A stretch of 32,000 bases of DNA from Ignicoccus islandicus DSM 13165 (GTDB lineage Archaea; Thermoproteota; Thermoprotei_A; Sulfolobales; Ignicoccaceae): assembly GCF_001481685.1 (NCBI RefSeq), contig NZ_CP006867.1, positions 1 through 32,000 on the forward strand, given 5' to 3'. Below are positions 1-8,864 of this stretch, one piece after another. The translations under genes were made by a program, and so were the position numbers. Position 1 is the stretch's first letter; each line of letters begins with the position of its first letter. The notes below the pieces were generated by a model. The model made no database searches, was not told the origin of the DNA, and saw nothing but the letters and a program-made list of their open reading frames with translations.

Positions 1-1248
1 ATGAGTATTTTTGACAAAGTAAGAAATCAAAGGAACAAAATAATATTGAATAAAGAGGTTCTCTCGCCTTCCTACGTTCCACCTCAGTTGATTCATAGAA
101 CACATAAAGAAGAGGAACTAGCGAAATACTTTCTTGACCTATTAGAAGAACCTGGAAAGAATTACTCATATGCTATAATAAGTGGACCTCAAGGCGTAGG
201 AAAAACCCATCTAGCCTTACATTTCTACAACGAGCTTAAGGAGGCGTTCAAGAAAGAGGTAGGAAAGGATTTATTGAGAGCTCATATAAATTGTTACTTA
301 GGCTATAGGTCCCTCAGTCAGATACTTCGCGGAATAACGACCTCCATGAGGTTGGGGACACCCACACGGGGTATATCAAACACCGAAATGCTTGAGTACA
401 TCTTCAGAGCTCTTGATAAGAGCGATAAGTACCTCTTGGTAATCCTAGACGATTTCCAATATGCACTTTATAATGATAGAGATATAGCAAGATTCTTCGC
501 AAGACTCGATGAGAGATTTAGTTCACGTGAACAACGTATACATGTCATAATCATTGTAAATAGTATTAACACATTTCTGGCTTACGCAAATGATGAGAAA
601 TTGAAGAACTGGAAGAGGAAACACGTATATATGCCGCCTTACAGCCAAGCTGAACTCTTCGACATACTAAGAGATAGAAGAGATAGAGCCTTCTATCCAA
701 ACACAGTTCCGGATGAAATAATACTCGAAATCTCGAAATGGATAGGTGTTGATACAGGTAAGTCTCTTGGAGCGCACTCGGGCAGTGCCAGACTTGCCAT
801 AGAAACCTTGAAATTGAGTGCAGAGAGGGCAGAGAGCCTAGGAAAACAACAAGTTGATACAGAAGACCTAAGATACGCTTGGGCAGAGCTTAATAAACAA
901 GGTGATTTGATGATAGTCTCTGAGTTGGTTGAAAGGCTTAACGATCATGAATTGTTGTTCTTGTATTCCTTAGCCAGTGTTCTCGAGGTTACAGGTGAAA
1001 GCTATGTTAGAATAGGTAAGGTAGAAGAAGAATACAGAATGTTATGTGAAACTCTTGGAATAGAACCTAGAAAACACACTCAGATCTACGAGTATGCGAG
1101 ACGACTCTCCAATCTAGGAATAATAAGGCGTGAGAATCCAACTAAAGGAATGAGAGGAAGGAGCACATTATTATCAATAGAGTTTCCACTTACTCCATTT
1201 AAAGAAAAATTGATCCAAGTTCTGAGGAGGAGAAACTATGAGCTCTAA
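1..1248 (+). CDS. cdc6: Orc1/Cdc6 replication initiator (AAA+ ATPase with C-terminal winged helix)
   Basis: 415-aa ORF. Walker A is GPQGVGKTH and Walker B is LLVILDDFQ. The N-terminal pattern VLSPSYVPPQLIHRTHKEEEL is typical of archaeal Orc1/Cdc6, and a winged-helix-like C-terminus is present (RRLSNLGIIRRENPTKGMRGRSTLL). The ATG is at window base 1, so the upstream promoter or origin is not visible. Confidence 0.92.
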   Translation: MSIFDKVRNQRNKIILNKEVLSPSYVPPQLIHRTHKEEELAKYFLDLLEEPGKNYSYAIISGPQGVGKTHLALHFYNELKEAFKKEVGKDLLRAHINCYLGYRSLSQILRGITTSMRLGTPTRGISNTEMLEYIFRALDKSDKYLLVILDDFQYALYNDRDIARFFARLDERFSSREQRIHVIIIVNSINTFLAYANDEKLKNWKRKHVYMPPYSQAELFDILRDRRDRAFYPNTVPDEIILEISKWIGVDTGKSLGAHSGSARLAIETLKLSAERAESLGKQQVDTEDLRYAWAELNKQGDLMIVSELVERLNDHELLFLYSLASVLEVTGESYVRIGKVEEEYRMLCETLGIEPRKHTQIYEYARRLSNLGIIRRENPTKGMRGRSTLLSIEFPLTPFKEKLIQVLRRRNYEL

Positions 1249-1483
1249 GTTGTTTAGGAGACCTACCGTCGTGAGAGCAATTCTACTACTTCAAGAAGAA
1301 GGAGAACTGAATCTCAATGCCCTTGCTAAACGCCTTGGAACTAATAGACATCGGCTAAAGAAGTATCTAGATGAGCTAAGTGAATATGGAATCGTTGAAA
1401 AAACCTCTAATACACCAGCCGTATATAAGCTAAAAGTAAGTATGGAGGAAATTTTGAAAGTTAGTTCAAGAGAGATGTATTGA
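1238..1483 (+). CDS. Small stand-alone winged helix-turn-helix protein (family not assignable by eye)
   Basis: 81-aa ORF. Its ATG lies 11 nt inside the cdc6 3' end. HTH-plus-wing pattern: LNLNALAKRLGTNRHRLKKYLDELSEYGIVEK...PAVYKLK. Its stop codon (1481-1483) directly abuts the mcm stop codon (1484-1486). Confidence 0.6.
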   Translation: MSSKLFRRPTVVRAILLLQEEGELNLNALAKRLGTNRHRLKKYLDELSEYGIVEKTSNTPAVYKLKVSMEEILKVSSREMY

Positions 1484-3559
1484 TTAGAAGTAATCCGTAT
1501 ACCTTATACATCCAGGTTTCTCCTCATAAACTAATCCATCTCTCTTGAATACGCTCAATGCTTCCTCAACTACTTCGGGACCAAGTCCCTTCTTGCGAGC
1601 TACTTCAACTACTTCCTTTATTGGTACACATCCGCTCCTCTCCTTGCTCAAGTCCCTTATTATCCTCCCAACGGTCGATATCTTCGCCGTCTTCGACAGC
1701 GACCTTCCAGTAAATATCACGTCTATGTCGATCTTCCCCGTTTCCACGTCTATTCCAACTGTCTCTAAGAACGCCAGCATGAGCCTTATCGCCTCTACGG
1801 CATCTTCAACCAGCACCGCGTTCCTCAAGGCCATTCTAGCATGAGCCTCGCTCATCCTTACCAAGGCCTCCAACTGCCTAGCGGTAATCGGCACGCTCAT
1901 GTCTTGAGAGTTGGATGCCTTAGACCTCAAATCAACGAAGAACTCCTCTATGACCCTCTTCGCTTCGTCCGTAAGCTTCGGAACGACGTTCCTCTTCGCG
2001 TAAACTATGTACTTCTTGAGCAGGTCGAGGGGTATTTCCGGCCTTACTTTCTCGGCCTCCTTGTGGACGTTCAGTATGTACCTAACCAGCCTCCTGTCCC
2101 TAGCTGGCTCCGGGGTGTCCCGCAACACGAAGATCAAGTCGAACCTCGAGAGTATGCTGGGAGGCAAGTTGATGTTCTCGGAAACCGTTCTGTTGGGCAA
2201 GTACCTACCGTACCTGGGGTTCCCTGCCGCTAGGACGGAGCACCTCGCGTTGAGCTTGGCCACTATTCCCGCCTTAGCTATTGACACGGTCTGCTGTTCC
2301 ATTGCCTCGTGTATTGCCACCCTGTCCTCGTCCCTCATCTTGTCTATCTCGTCTATTACCGCTATTCCCCCGTCAGCTATTACCAGAGCGCCGGCCTCCA
2401 AGTAGAACTCGCCGGTCAGCTTGTCCCTAACTACTGCGGCGGTTAGACCGGCGGCAGTAGAGCCCTTTCCGGTAGTGTAAACGCTCCTCGGGGCGACCCT
2501 AGCGGCGTACTGGAGCAGCTGGGACTTGGCAGTACCGGGATCTCCTATTATCAGCACGTGGATGTCTCCCCTTATTCTAGTCCCGTCCTCTAACAGCTTC
2601 GGTACTCCGCCGAAGAGCAGTAGCGCTATCGCTTCCTTTATGTCCCAATGGCCGTATATGGAAGGGGCTATGCTCATAACTATCCTCTTATGTATCCACG
2701 GGTCCTTCGAAAGCGCCTTGATCTTCTCGACGTCCTCCTCCGTGAGGGACACGTCTTCCAAGATCTTCTGGGAAACCTCTATGTTATTGGCGTATATTCT
2801 GATTGTAAATATGGTGGACGAGCCCTTCCTAGGGAGCTTGTCCGGCTTGGCCTCGGCTATGCCTATTACCGTTACCTTATCTCCCGGCCTGGCCACGTCA
2901 ACCAAGTCGTCCTCCACTATCACCTCTATGCTCCTAGGGAGCTGACCGGCCGGCAGCTCTTCGGGCTTCTCTTGAACTACCATCAGCTGCCAGTTCACGT
3001 ATTCGTTGTCAGGGTGGTCGCTTAGGAAAGTGAAGGGCCCGCTCCTCTTGGGACACTCCTCGTTGGGGCATTGAAGGGGAGGCTTTAGGTAAATGTCGTC
3101 TTGGGGGACGGGGAACACCGTTCCGCAGGCCTCGCATCTGAAGTAAGCCTTCTTTATCCTCTCCTTAACTTGGGTGGTCCTAACTAGAATGCCTTCGAAC
3201 ATTATGAGCTTGGATATGTGGACGTCCCTTATTTCCCTTAATCTAACCTTTTCGTCCAAATTGGTGAAGCGGAGGTTGACCTTGTAGGGCGAGCCGTTGT
3301 AGAACGAGGCTAGCTCTTCCAGTACCCTCTCTAGCCTCGGTATCACCTCCTTGGGCTTCTCTATTACAGCTCTGGCCAGCTCCGTGTTGAACTCTATCAA
3401 GTCGGCGAAGTCCACCACTAGGCTCTTCTTCTTTTCCAGCACGATCTTCTTTAGGTTCTCCTTATACTTCGCTTTCCCCGCCTCGTCCTCGTAGGTCTCA
3501 ATGAACTCTCGGAAAACGTCCTCTAAGGACTCCTCTTCCTTTAGTATTACTTCACTCAT
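1484..3559 (-). CDS. mcm: MCM replicative helicase
   Basis: 691-aa ORF. Zn finger CEACG...CPNEECP, Walker A IIGDPGTAKSQLL, Walker B VIDEIDKM, arginine finger SRFDLIF, and a C-terminal winged-helix-like tail. The start ATG overlaps the gins stop (ATGA at 3556-3559). Confidence 0.97.
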   Translation of the reverse strand: MSEVILKEEESLEDVFREFIETYEDEAGKAKYKENLKKIVLEKKKSLVVDFADLIEFNTELARAVIEKPKEVIPRLERVLEELASFYNGSPYKVNLRFTNLDEKVRLREIRDVHISKLIMFEGILVRTTQVKERIKKAYFRCEACGTVFPVPQDDIYLKPPLQCPNEECPKRSGPFTFLSDHPDNEYVNWQLMVVQEKPEELPAGQLPRSIEVIVEDDLVDVARPGDKVTVIGIAEAKPDKLPRKGSSTIFTIRIYANNIEVSQKILEDVSLTEEDVEKIKALSKDPWIHKRIVMSIAPSIYGHWDIKEAIALLLFGGVPKLLEDGTRIRGDIHVLIIGDPGTAKSQLLQYAARVAPRSVYTTGKGSTAAGLTAAVVRDKLTGEFYLEAGALVIADGGIAVIDEIDKMRDEDRVAIHEAMEQQTVSIAKAGIVAKLNARCSVLAAGNPRYGRYLPNRTVSENINLPPSILSRFDLIFVLRDTPEPARDRRLVRYILNVHKEAEKVRPEIPLDLLKKYIVYAKRNVVPKLTDEAKRVIEEFFVDLRSKASNSQDMSVPITARQLEALVRMSEAHARMALRNAVLVEDAVEAIRLMLAFLETVGIDVETGKIDIDVIFTGRSLSKTAKISTVGRIIRDLSKERSGCVPIKEVVEVARKKGLGPEVVEEALSVFKRDGLVYEEKPGCIRYTDYF

Positions 3560-4152
3560 GTGCTTTCACCATTTCTTGGGAGAACTTTATCGAACCATTG
3601 TTTCAAGGATTCGCTTAATACATTACTCAGTATAACTTCTTCCGGAGTTAACCTTTCTATAATTTCGACACTTAGTTCCTTTTCAGATAAAAGGTACCTA
3701 AATAGCTTCATTATCCGGATTTCTGTTAGCTCCTCGAGATCGTTCTTTATTCTGATAGCTTTATTTAATATGTTCGTGATGTTCTCTATTTCGCCTAATT
3801 TGAGAGCATCTATGTTATCAATAACGTCCATAACTACTTGTTTTACAACTTTATAGAAATTAGATGGAAGCTTGACTGGATATGGACTTTCTTTGTGCTT
3901 GTTCTCTAAGAACTTAAATTTACTCACTTCTTTTGCTGCACGAAAGACATCAACCTCATTTAAGATCTTAGCATATCCGCGTTGGACTAAGTACTGTGCT
4001 AACCATCTAGGTACGTCTATTTCCGTCCCAGCACCGAGCCTCAGTATCTCTTCACCATCAAACACGGAACCTACTTCCTTTAGGACAGCAACCCTAACTT
4101 TCTCCTCTAAGAATAGTTGATCTTCCAAATCTAGAGACAATCTTAGCTTCAA
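3556..4152 (-). CDS. gins23: GINS subunit, Gins23-type (beta-rich domain first, helical A domain second)
   Basis: 198-aa ORF translationally coupled (ATGA) to mcm, as in the known crenarchaeal gins23-mcm operon. The N-terminal beta-rich segment is ...GTEIDVPRWLAQYLVQRGYAKI. It is followed by a helical region (LPSNFYKVV...LTEIRIMKLFRYL). TTG start at 4152; the alternatives TTG 4140 and 4128 are not excluded. Confidence 0.65.
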   Translation of the reverse strand: MKLRLSLDLEDQLFLEEKVRVAVLKEVGSVFDGEEILRLGAGTEIDVPRWLAQYLVQRGYAKILNEVDVFRAAKEVSKFKFLENKHKESPYPVKLPSNFYKVVKQVVMDVIDNIDALKLGEIENITNILNKAIRIKNDLEELTEIRIMKLFRYLLSEKELSVEIIERLTPEEVILSNVLSESLKQWFDKVLPRNGEST

Positions 4153-4383
4153 TTTCGGCCCATATTGACTGTAGTAGACTAGCTAGGTTATGAATCGTCG
4201 ATCCTATCCTATAGTACATGCAATTTTCATTGTATAGAAGTAAGAGGTACTACTATTATAGCTGTTATCTTTTTACATACCATTAAGATGTTTCAGAAGA
4301 TCAGCGGAGTTCATTTTTAAGAAATTTGCCTCTAGGGAATTTTAATCAAGGAAGGTACTACGGGTAGAAGTAGGTAATACAGA

Positions 4384-5367
4384 ATGTCTAGCGCTTACGA
4401 TCTTTTATGGGCAGAAAAGTACAGGCCTAAGAGCCTAGACGAAATCGTCGATCAAGAAGAAGTCGTTGCTCGTTTAAAGAAATTCGTTGAAGAAAAAAAC
4501 ATCCCTCACATGCTATTTGCAGGACCGCCTGGAACTGGTAAAACTACGGCCGCACTGGCATTAGCCCATGACCTCTATGGCGATAATTATCGCCAATATC
4601 TAATGGAACTTAACGCAAGTGATGAAAGAGGTATTGACGTTATTAGGACTAAGGTAAAGGAATTTGCACGTTCCAGAACGCCCCCAGATATTCCTTTCAA
4701 AATAGTCTTATTGGACGAAGCCGACAACATGACTGCCGATGCCCAGCAAGCTCTTAGAAGACTCATGGAAACCTTCTCTGCTACAACGCGTTTTATACTC
4801 ATTGCGAACTTCCCGAGCAAGATTATCGAGCCTATTCAATCGAGGTGTGCTTACTTTAGGTTCAAACCTCTACCAAAGGACAAGGTTGTTGAAAGACTTA
4901 TGTACATCTGCAAAAACGAAAACGTAAGATGCGAAAAAGAGGCACTGGAGGAAATATACCATATATCGGAAGGTGACATGAGAAGAGCAATAAACATTCT
5001 CCAAGCAGCGGCAGCCTTAGGGGAAGTAACCCGCGATAACGTTTATAAGGCAATAGGCTACGCCCATCCCGAGAAGATAAGAGATGTTTTAATGAAAGCT
5101 ATATCTGGTGACTTTACTGGTGCAGCAAACGCTCTAAGGGAGATAATGATAGAATACGGCTTGTCGGGAGTAGATATAATTAAAGCTATCCACCGAGAGA
5201 TAATGGGTAATAAAATCCCATTGGATGAGAGACTCAAGGTCTTAATTGCTGACTACGCTGGCGAAGTGCAATTTAGAATGGTCGAAGGCGCCGATGATGA
5301 AATACAGCTCTGGGCCTTTTTAGCTAAGTTAGCCCTCTTAGGTCCTAAGTTTAAGAGGAGGAGTTAA
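4384..5367 (+). CDS. rfcS: Replication factor C small subunit
   Basis: 327 aa. Walker A GPPGTGKTT, Walker B VLLDEADNM, the SRC motif (IQSRCAYFRF) diagnostic of RFC small subunits, and the N-terminal WAEKYRPKSLDEIV box. Confidence 0.95.
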   Translation: MSSAYDLLWAEKYRPKSLDEIVDQEEVVARLKKFVEEKNIPHMLFAGPPGTGKTTAALALAHDLYGDNYRQYLMELNASDERGIDVIRTKVKEFARSRTPPDIPFKIVLLDEADNMTADAQQALRRLMETFSATTRFILIANFPSKIIEPIQSRCAYFRFKPLPKDKVVERLMYICKNENVRCEKEALEEIYHISEGDMRRAINILQAAAALGEVTRDNVYKAIGYAHPEKIRDVLMKAISGDFTGAANALREIMIEYGLSGVDIIKAIHREIMGNKIPLDERLKVLIADYAGEVQFRMVEGADDEIQLWAFLAKLALLGPKFKRRS

Positions 5368-5372
5368 GCGAT

Positions 5373-6851
5373 ATGGGGAACAAGTTACCTTGGATAATAA
5401 AGTATCGTCCCAAGTCCATTGAAGAAGTAGTTGACCAAGAAAAAGCTAAAGAAGTACTTATACCATGGATTCAGAAATGGCTCCAAGGAAGTATACCAGA
5501 CAAGAAGGCAGCGTTACTTTGGGGTCCTCCAGGTACGGGAAAGACGAGCCTGGTTGAAGCGATAGCAAATGAATACAATTTAGAGAAAATAGAATTAAAC
5601 GCAAGCGACTTCAGACGTAAAAGTGATATAGAAAGAATAGCTATTGTAGCAGCTACTAAGAAACCCTTACCCCCCAAAAGAGGAAGAATAGTGTTATTGG
5701 ACGAAGTAGATGGGTTGTCCCCAAGGGGAGATGAGGGGGCGATTACAGCAATTCTAGAGCTAGTAAAGAAAGCTAGGAACCCTGTGATCATGACAGCCAA
5801 TGATCCTTGGGGTCAGCATCTGAGACCCCTTCGAGACGTGTGTCTACTAGTGGAGTTTAAGAGAATACCGAAAACGAAGGCACTCCCATACCTCATGAAG
5901 ATATGTGAAGCTGAAGGTATATTTTGCGAGAAGGAAGCACTTTCATATATATGGGAGAAAAATAGAGGTGACTTGAGAGCTTGTATAAACGATATGCAGT
6001 CAATAGCAGAGGCATTCGGTAAAATAACCTTAGAGCTAGTCAAGACAATGATAGTTGAACGTGATAGAGAGTTAACCCCATGGGAAATGCTCCAAGCACT
6101 CTTTTATGCGAAGTATGCATGGCAAGCGAAGAAGGCAATTACGAGCGTTGATTTGGACTATGACACACTATTTCTCTGGATCGCTGAGAACGTTCCTAGA
6201 CAGTACGGAGATGATCCCGAAGATTTGTGGCGCGGTGTAGAGGCCTTATCTAGAGCAGACGTGTACTATGGAAGGATAAAGAGGAAACTCCAGTGGAACT
6301 TACTGCCTTATTTCTTTGAGGCCCTAGGGCCTGGAGTTGCTCTAGCTAAGGAGAAATATCATCGCAGAGCCAAATGGAGCTACCCAGAAAAACTCGTTTT
6401 ATTAGCACGAACTAAAGAAGAAAGGAGAATTAGAGAGGAGCTGGCATCGTTGCTTTCACGCACTGAGCACGTTTCGAAAAACTATGTTAAAGCTGAGCTC
6501 ATACCTCTCCTCAAGTTCATTGCAGAAAAAAATCCTTCGTACTTCGCAAAACTTGCCTTGGGTCTCCGTCTGACGGACGAGATGATAAAGTACTTATCAA
6601 GAAAGAATTATAAACTAATAATTGAATACAAAGAGAAGTTATTAAAGGAGCTTGAAGAAACAACTAAGTCTCGTAAGTCACAGGAGACGCGAGGAAAAGT
6701 TGATGAAAGCGAGTCAAAGACTCCTTTAAAAGAAACGGCTTCGGGTGAACGCAAGGAAACAGGTAAGGAATCGAAAGGAAAGAAATCAGATAAATCAAAG
6801 AAATCGAAGACTGGTGGTCTAAGTTTGTTAGACTTCATAAGGAAAGATTGA
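5373..6851 (+). CDS. rfcL: Replication factor C large subunit
   Basis: 492 aa, starting 5 nt after the rfcS stop. WIIKYRPKSIEEVV box, Walker A GPPGTGKTS, Walker B VLLDEVDG, and a long K/E/S-rich C-terminal tail. Confidence 0.9.
   Translation: MGNKLPWIIKYRPKSIEEVVDQEKAKEVLIPWIQKWLQGSIPDKKAALLWGPPGTGKTSLVEAIANEYNLEKIELNASDFRRKSDIERIAIVAATKKPLPPKRGRIVLLDEVDGLSPRGDEGAITAILELVKKARNPVIMTANDPWGQHLRPLRDVCLLVEFKRIPKTKALPYLMKICEAEGIFCEKEALSYIWEKNRGDLRACINDMQSIAEAFGKITLELVKTMIVERDRELTPWEMLQALFYAKYAWQAKKAITSVDLDYDTLFLWIAENVPRQYGDDPEDLWRGVEALSRADVYYGRIKRKLQWNLLPYFFEALGPGVALAKEKYHRRAKWSYPEKLVLLARTKEERRIREELASLLSRTEHVSKNYVKAELIPLLKFIAEKNPSYFAKLALGLRLTDEMIKYLSRKNYKLIIEYKEKLLKELEETTKSRKSQETRGKVDESESKTPLKETASGERKETGKESKGKKSDKSKKSKTGGLSLLDFIRKD
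6819..6839 (+). other. PIP-box-like PCNA-interaction motif at the extreme C-terminus of RFC large subunit
   Basis: The terminal peptide ...TGGLSLLDFIRKD resembles the C-terminal PIP motif known from archaeal RFC-L (hydrophobic-x-x-aromatic pattern LLDFI). Motif-level call only. Confidence 0.45.
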
Positions 6852-8004
6852 GATCTTTTGCGCTTTCTTCGTATCTCTCTATAAGAGCTTTTTCCTTCTC
6901 TTCGATTTTCTCAATCATACCCCAATCGACCTCATGTATGAAGTACTTTTCCGCTTTCGATATTACCTTCAACTTGGATTTGTGATGTTCATAGAGCTTT
7001 CTCGCAAGCCCTTCAAATAGTTTTCTCTTACATTCACCACATAGTATTTGACCTGACCTACACTTTTCTTTCCATTCTAGAGCCTCGTGGGGAGTTAAAA
7101 CGAAGGTTTCGAGCCACTTAAATACAATGCACTTATCCGGGTTACCACCCTTTTCTCTTTGCTCTTTTATTGTTGGCTGACCTCCGGTAAGGGCCCTCCA
7201 TATTTTGCTCTTTATTTGATATGGATCGTCATCGATGAAAATGGCTGTTTCCGGTTTACTTGCACTCATTGGTTCCCCGGTTAATCCGGGTAAGTACTTA
7301 CTGTGGATTGCGGCTGGCTTTGGAAGCTTTATGCGTTCCGCAATGTCCCTACTTAGTCTTATATAAGGGTCTTGATCGATCGCTATTGGAACCAAGCTTC
7401 TAAATCCCTTCTTCCATGTCGGGTATAATATGTGTGCAGCTTGGATGCACGAATAGAAATACTTACCAGGGTTATCGCTATCGCTGAAACCAAACACAGC
7501 TTTAACTTCGTTTAAGGTCACATGTCGCGATAATGTAATTGCCAATTGATAAACGTCCAAGAGTTTTGATGATATAAAGAAATTTGTATCTCTTTCATCG
7601 AACCCAAGAGCGGCAATGTCGAGCGCATTATCGTACGCGTAATAAAGGGAATCCTTAAGAGTATTTACCTTCCTAAAAACGTATTTTTCGTCATCGCTAA
7701 GTGGTATAAAGACTGGAACTTTGAACGTATCTTGTAACCACTTGACGAACTCGAATATCAACAAATGACCTAGGTGAAGTGCATTCGATGGACCTCGACC
7801 CGTTAGTATAGCGAACTTTTCTCCCTTCTTCCATTGAGCTATGAGTTTATCGAAATCTCTATGCGCAAATATATATCCTATTTCGAGCAACTTATGGGTA
7901 CTAGGAAGCTCTTTCAGTAACTCTTTCGATATTTTCGATACACCAAAAATCTCAACCAATCGATCGTAATCGGTTATCTTTTCTAAAGCATTAGCATTTG
8001 GCAT
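6835..8004 (-). CDS. trpS: Tryptophanyl-tRNA synthetase (archaeal/eukaryote type)
   Basis: 389 aa. Segments match eukaryote-type TrpRS: TGRGPSNALHLGHL (HIGH), FVKWLQDTFKVPVFIPLSDDEKY, AIDQDPYIRLSRD, and PMSAS in the position of KMSAS. The 3' end overlaps rfcL by 17 nt (convergent). Confidence 0.93.
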   Translation of the reverse strand: MPNANALEKITDYDRLVEIFGVSKISKELLKELPSTHKLLEIGYIFAHRDFDKLIAQWKKGEKFAILTGRGPSNALHLGHLLIFEFVKWLQDTFKVPVFIPLSDDEKYVFRKVNTLKDSLYYAYDNALDIAALGFDERDTNFFISSKLLDVYQLAITLSRHVTLNEVKAVFGFSDSDNPGKYFYSCIQAAHILYPTWKKGFRSLVPIAIDQDPYIRLSRDIAERIKLPKPAAIHSKYLPGLTGEPMSASKPETAIFIDDDPYQIKSKIWRALTGGQPTIKEQREKGGNPDKCIVFKWLETFVLTPHEALEWKEKCRSGQILCGECKRKLFEGLARKLYEHHKSKLKVISKAEKYFIHEVDWGMIEKIEEKEKALIERYEESAKDLNLSL

Positions 8005-8136
8005 AATTCGTGCTCCCAGTAGGCTAAACTGTAAGTGGAGGTTATGTAATGAATTGATATAGTTTCGGTACCGGGCTGTAGTACCCTCATCCTTCGGGGG
8101 AGGTTCGATCTCGTCATTAACCAGTTGAAGAAATTC

Positions 8137-8385
8137 TTACTCTATTCTTGCAACTTTTCCCAATGCTTGACCCGGTAGATTGGGTTTGAAAACGGCTATC
8201 GCGACACCCTTTCTACCGTGGAGCCTTAGTACCTTGCCTACGTATTTGTTCCCTTTACTATCTTCATATATTATTCTTTTACCTAGAGCCATTTTGGCAT
8301 CGTTAACGCTTGGAAACCTTACGAGTACTTGGTGTACGTTTTGATCGTTAGATCCCCTTCTATACGATGTAATTATGGCTTCCAT
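8137..8385 (-). CDS. rpl35ae: Ribosomal protein L35Ae (eL33)
   Basis: 82 aa. Pattern ...SYRRGSNDQ...GKRIIYEDSKGNKYVGKVLRLHGRKGVAIAVFKPNLPGQALGKVARI is typical of archaeal L35Ae. A TATA-like AAATATAAG lies on the minus strand about 35 nt upstream. Confidence 0.85.
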   Translation of the reverse strand: MEAIITSYRRGSNDQNVHQVLVRFPSVNDAKMALGKRIIYEDSKGNKYVGKVLRLHGRKGVAIAVFKPNLPGQALGKVARIE

Positions 8386-8482
8386 TCTTCCTCCCCTGTT
8401 GCGTGGAATGCATAGGGGCTTATATTTTGGTTCTTCCCCTCATCAGGTAAAAAAGCACGGGGAGGGGTATTTTTCCAATATC

Positions 8483-8492
8483 TTTTTATAAG
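8483..8492 (+). promoter_or_regulatory. TATA-box-like element upstream of the 8529 ORF
   Basis: TTTTTATAAG about 40 nt upstream of ATG 8529. It sits in a 143-bp divergent spacer shared with rpl35ae. Confidence 0.4.
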
Positions 8493-8528
8493 GCTCTCTT
8501 GAACCTAATAAGTTTTACGGTGGAATGA

Positions 8529-8864
8529 ATGGAGATGCAAATGGACCTACTCGTCGAATATACTATAAGACTTGCTACTCATATGAGAATTAGGGATGAA
8601 CTAAATAATCTTGATTACGCTCAAAAGGAAGTAGCGGAGAAGGTAGCGAAATTGATAGTAAGTGAAAAGAGAGGATTGAAATATTGTTCTATTTGCGCCA
8701 AAGGACCTTATACAAAGAGAGGACTATACCTTCACTTCATGCGTGTCCATAAGGATGATGTAAAGGCATTGCTCCTTCAAGAACTCGAAATGTTACCCCG
8801 AAATGAAGAAAGTGAAACTGTGAAAAATTCGATAGAAGTAGCAAGGGAAGGAGTTGAAGCTTGA
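8529..8864 (+). CDS. Small C2H2 zinc-finger protein
   Basis: 111 aa. CSIC-x12-H-x4-H (CSICAKGPYTKRGLYLHFMRVH) fits the classical C-x2-C-x12-H-x3-5-H finger. The stop overlaps the next ORF's start (TTGA at 8861-8864). Confidence 0.55.
   Translation: MEMQMDLLVEYTIRLATHMRIRDELNNLDYAQKEVAEKVAKLIVSEKRGLKYCSICAKGPYTKRGLYLHFMRVHKDDVKALLLQELEMLPRNEESETVKNSIEVAREGVEA

Noticed and set aside
1545-3025. Six long plus-strand ORFs (99-139 aa) antisense to mcm in the ORF track
   Set aside because: They are explained by the high GC content of the mcm interior, which yields few stop codons in any frame. The translations are low-complexity (S/L/P/A-rich), they overlap each other in different frames, and they have no promoter or SD context.
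4153-4383. Possible replication origin in the AT-rich 231-bp spacer between gins-mcm and rfcS
   Set aside because: I looked for ORB or mini-ORB-like elements (the TCCAGTGGAAA type known from Sulfolobus origins) flanking an unwinding element and found none. The only repeat is a weak imperfect inverted repeat (TAGTAC 4212-4217 / GTACTA 4247-4252, about 12 of 15 matches when extended). The spacer is more simply a divergent promoter region. The real origin, if cdc6-linked, is probably upstream of base 1.
8066-8112. GC-rich hairpins and a tRNA-like GGTTCGATC motif in the rpl35ae-trpS spacer
   Set aside because: GGTAC-N9-GTACC (8067-8085) and CCTCATCC-TTC-GGGGGAGG (8085-8103) can fold. However, the T-arm-like GGAGG TTCGATC TCGTC has no complementary 3' stem, and no acceptor or anticodon arms can be drawn. 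It is not a tRNA. It may be a 3' structure of the rpl35ae transcript, but I cannot support an RNA gene.
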